Source of the DNA: Patescibacteria group bacterium
GTDB taxonomy: Bacteria; Patescibacteriota; Patescibacteriia; JBAZBY01
Direction of reading: 5' to 3'
DNA: 64,000 nt
Assembly: GCA_041671225.1 (NCBI GenBank)
Contig: JBAZBY010000001.1
Coordinates: 109,963 to 173,962 of the forward strand
Shown here: piece after piece, positions 63,800-64,000 of the stretch
How the letters are laid out: every line of letters starts with the position of its first letter
Position numbering within the stretch: the stretch's first letter is position 1
Notes under the pieces: model-generated
Seen by the model: the letters and a program-made list of their open reading frames with translations, nothing else
Told to the model about the DNA's origin: nothing
The model's database searches: none
Position numbers and translations under genes: made by a program

Positions 63800-64000
63800 A
63801 GTTTATCCGTAGTCCATTGGGACTCCCTCAACGCCTTTACTTGTCAGCGATTAGTGCCGGGTTCTATCCTCAAGCACGTAACGCTGGCCTGGTTTTGGGG
63901 TGGGCGGTAAACGCTCACCCTGAACGGAGGTAACCTCATCCCGCGTACCAACTAAACGGTACTGGCCGGAAACGGGCACTCGCTCCCCAGGGCGAAAAGT
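63800..64000 (-). ncRNA. rnpB: Probable RNase P RNA (bacterial type A), 3' portion; the 5' part lies beyond the window end
   Basis: Minus-strand reading contains GATAGAACCCGGC (P4 3'-strand consensus ACAGARCCCGGCUUA), GCTTGAGG, a P15-like GGTACG and a GGGTGAGCG...CCGCCCACCC hairpin, matched from memory against E. coli M1 RNA. Confidence 0.4.

Overview
The window is mostly gene-dense bacterial chromosome at about 50% GC. It carries housekeeping genes and many shortened homologs (RelA/SpoT 487 aa, SufD 209 aa, pyruvate kinase 342 aa, NuoF-like 326 aa, YhhQ-like 121 aa), which fits a streamlined, probably anaerobic bacterium; a CPR/Patescibacteria-like lineage is my guess, not established. Recognisable blocks are: lepB(partial), tRNA-Val, an LCP protein, der, pth, mfd, dprA, topA, relA/spoT, parB-parA, a tRNA cluster (Leu-CAA, fMet, Met/Ile-CAU), a two-DsbA plus DoxX/MauE disulfide cluster, blaI-blaR1-like, a CAP-domain surface protein with 54-nt in-frame tandem repeats, a SUF Fe-S operon (sufCBDS-sufU-ferredoxin-nifS-like), a zupT-like/zur pair with a palindromic operator, an [FeFe]-hydrogenase (hydA plus nuoF-like), a B12-binding MerR regulator beside fasciclin/DUF378 genes, rpoD-dnaG-folC, transporters, pyk, ppsA, and a partial RNase P RNA at the window end. 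Most notable are: (1) a tRNA-Asn(GUU) gene split by a 566-nt group I intron that encodes an HNH homing endonuclease; (2) an odd tRNA-Leu locus where 17-nt 5' and 18-nt 3' copies of the tRNA ends flank the intact gene across a structured spacer; (3) several GC-rich (about 58-62%) segments, apparently horizontally acquired, including an array of six small, separately promoted and terminated + strand ORFs (59.8-63.0 kb) that reuse a ~27-nt terminator-tail motif; (4) a MITE-like inverted-repeat element between pth and mfd. All calls rest on reading the sequence and translated ORFs by eye; no database searches were run.
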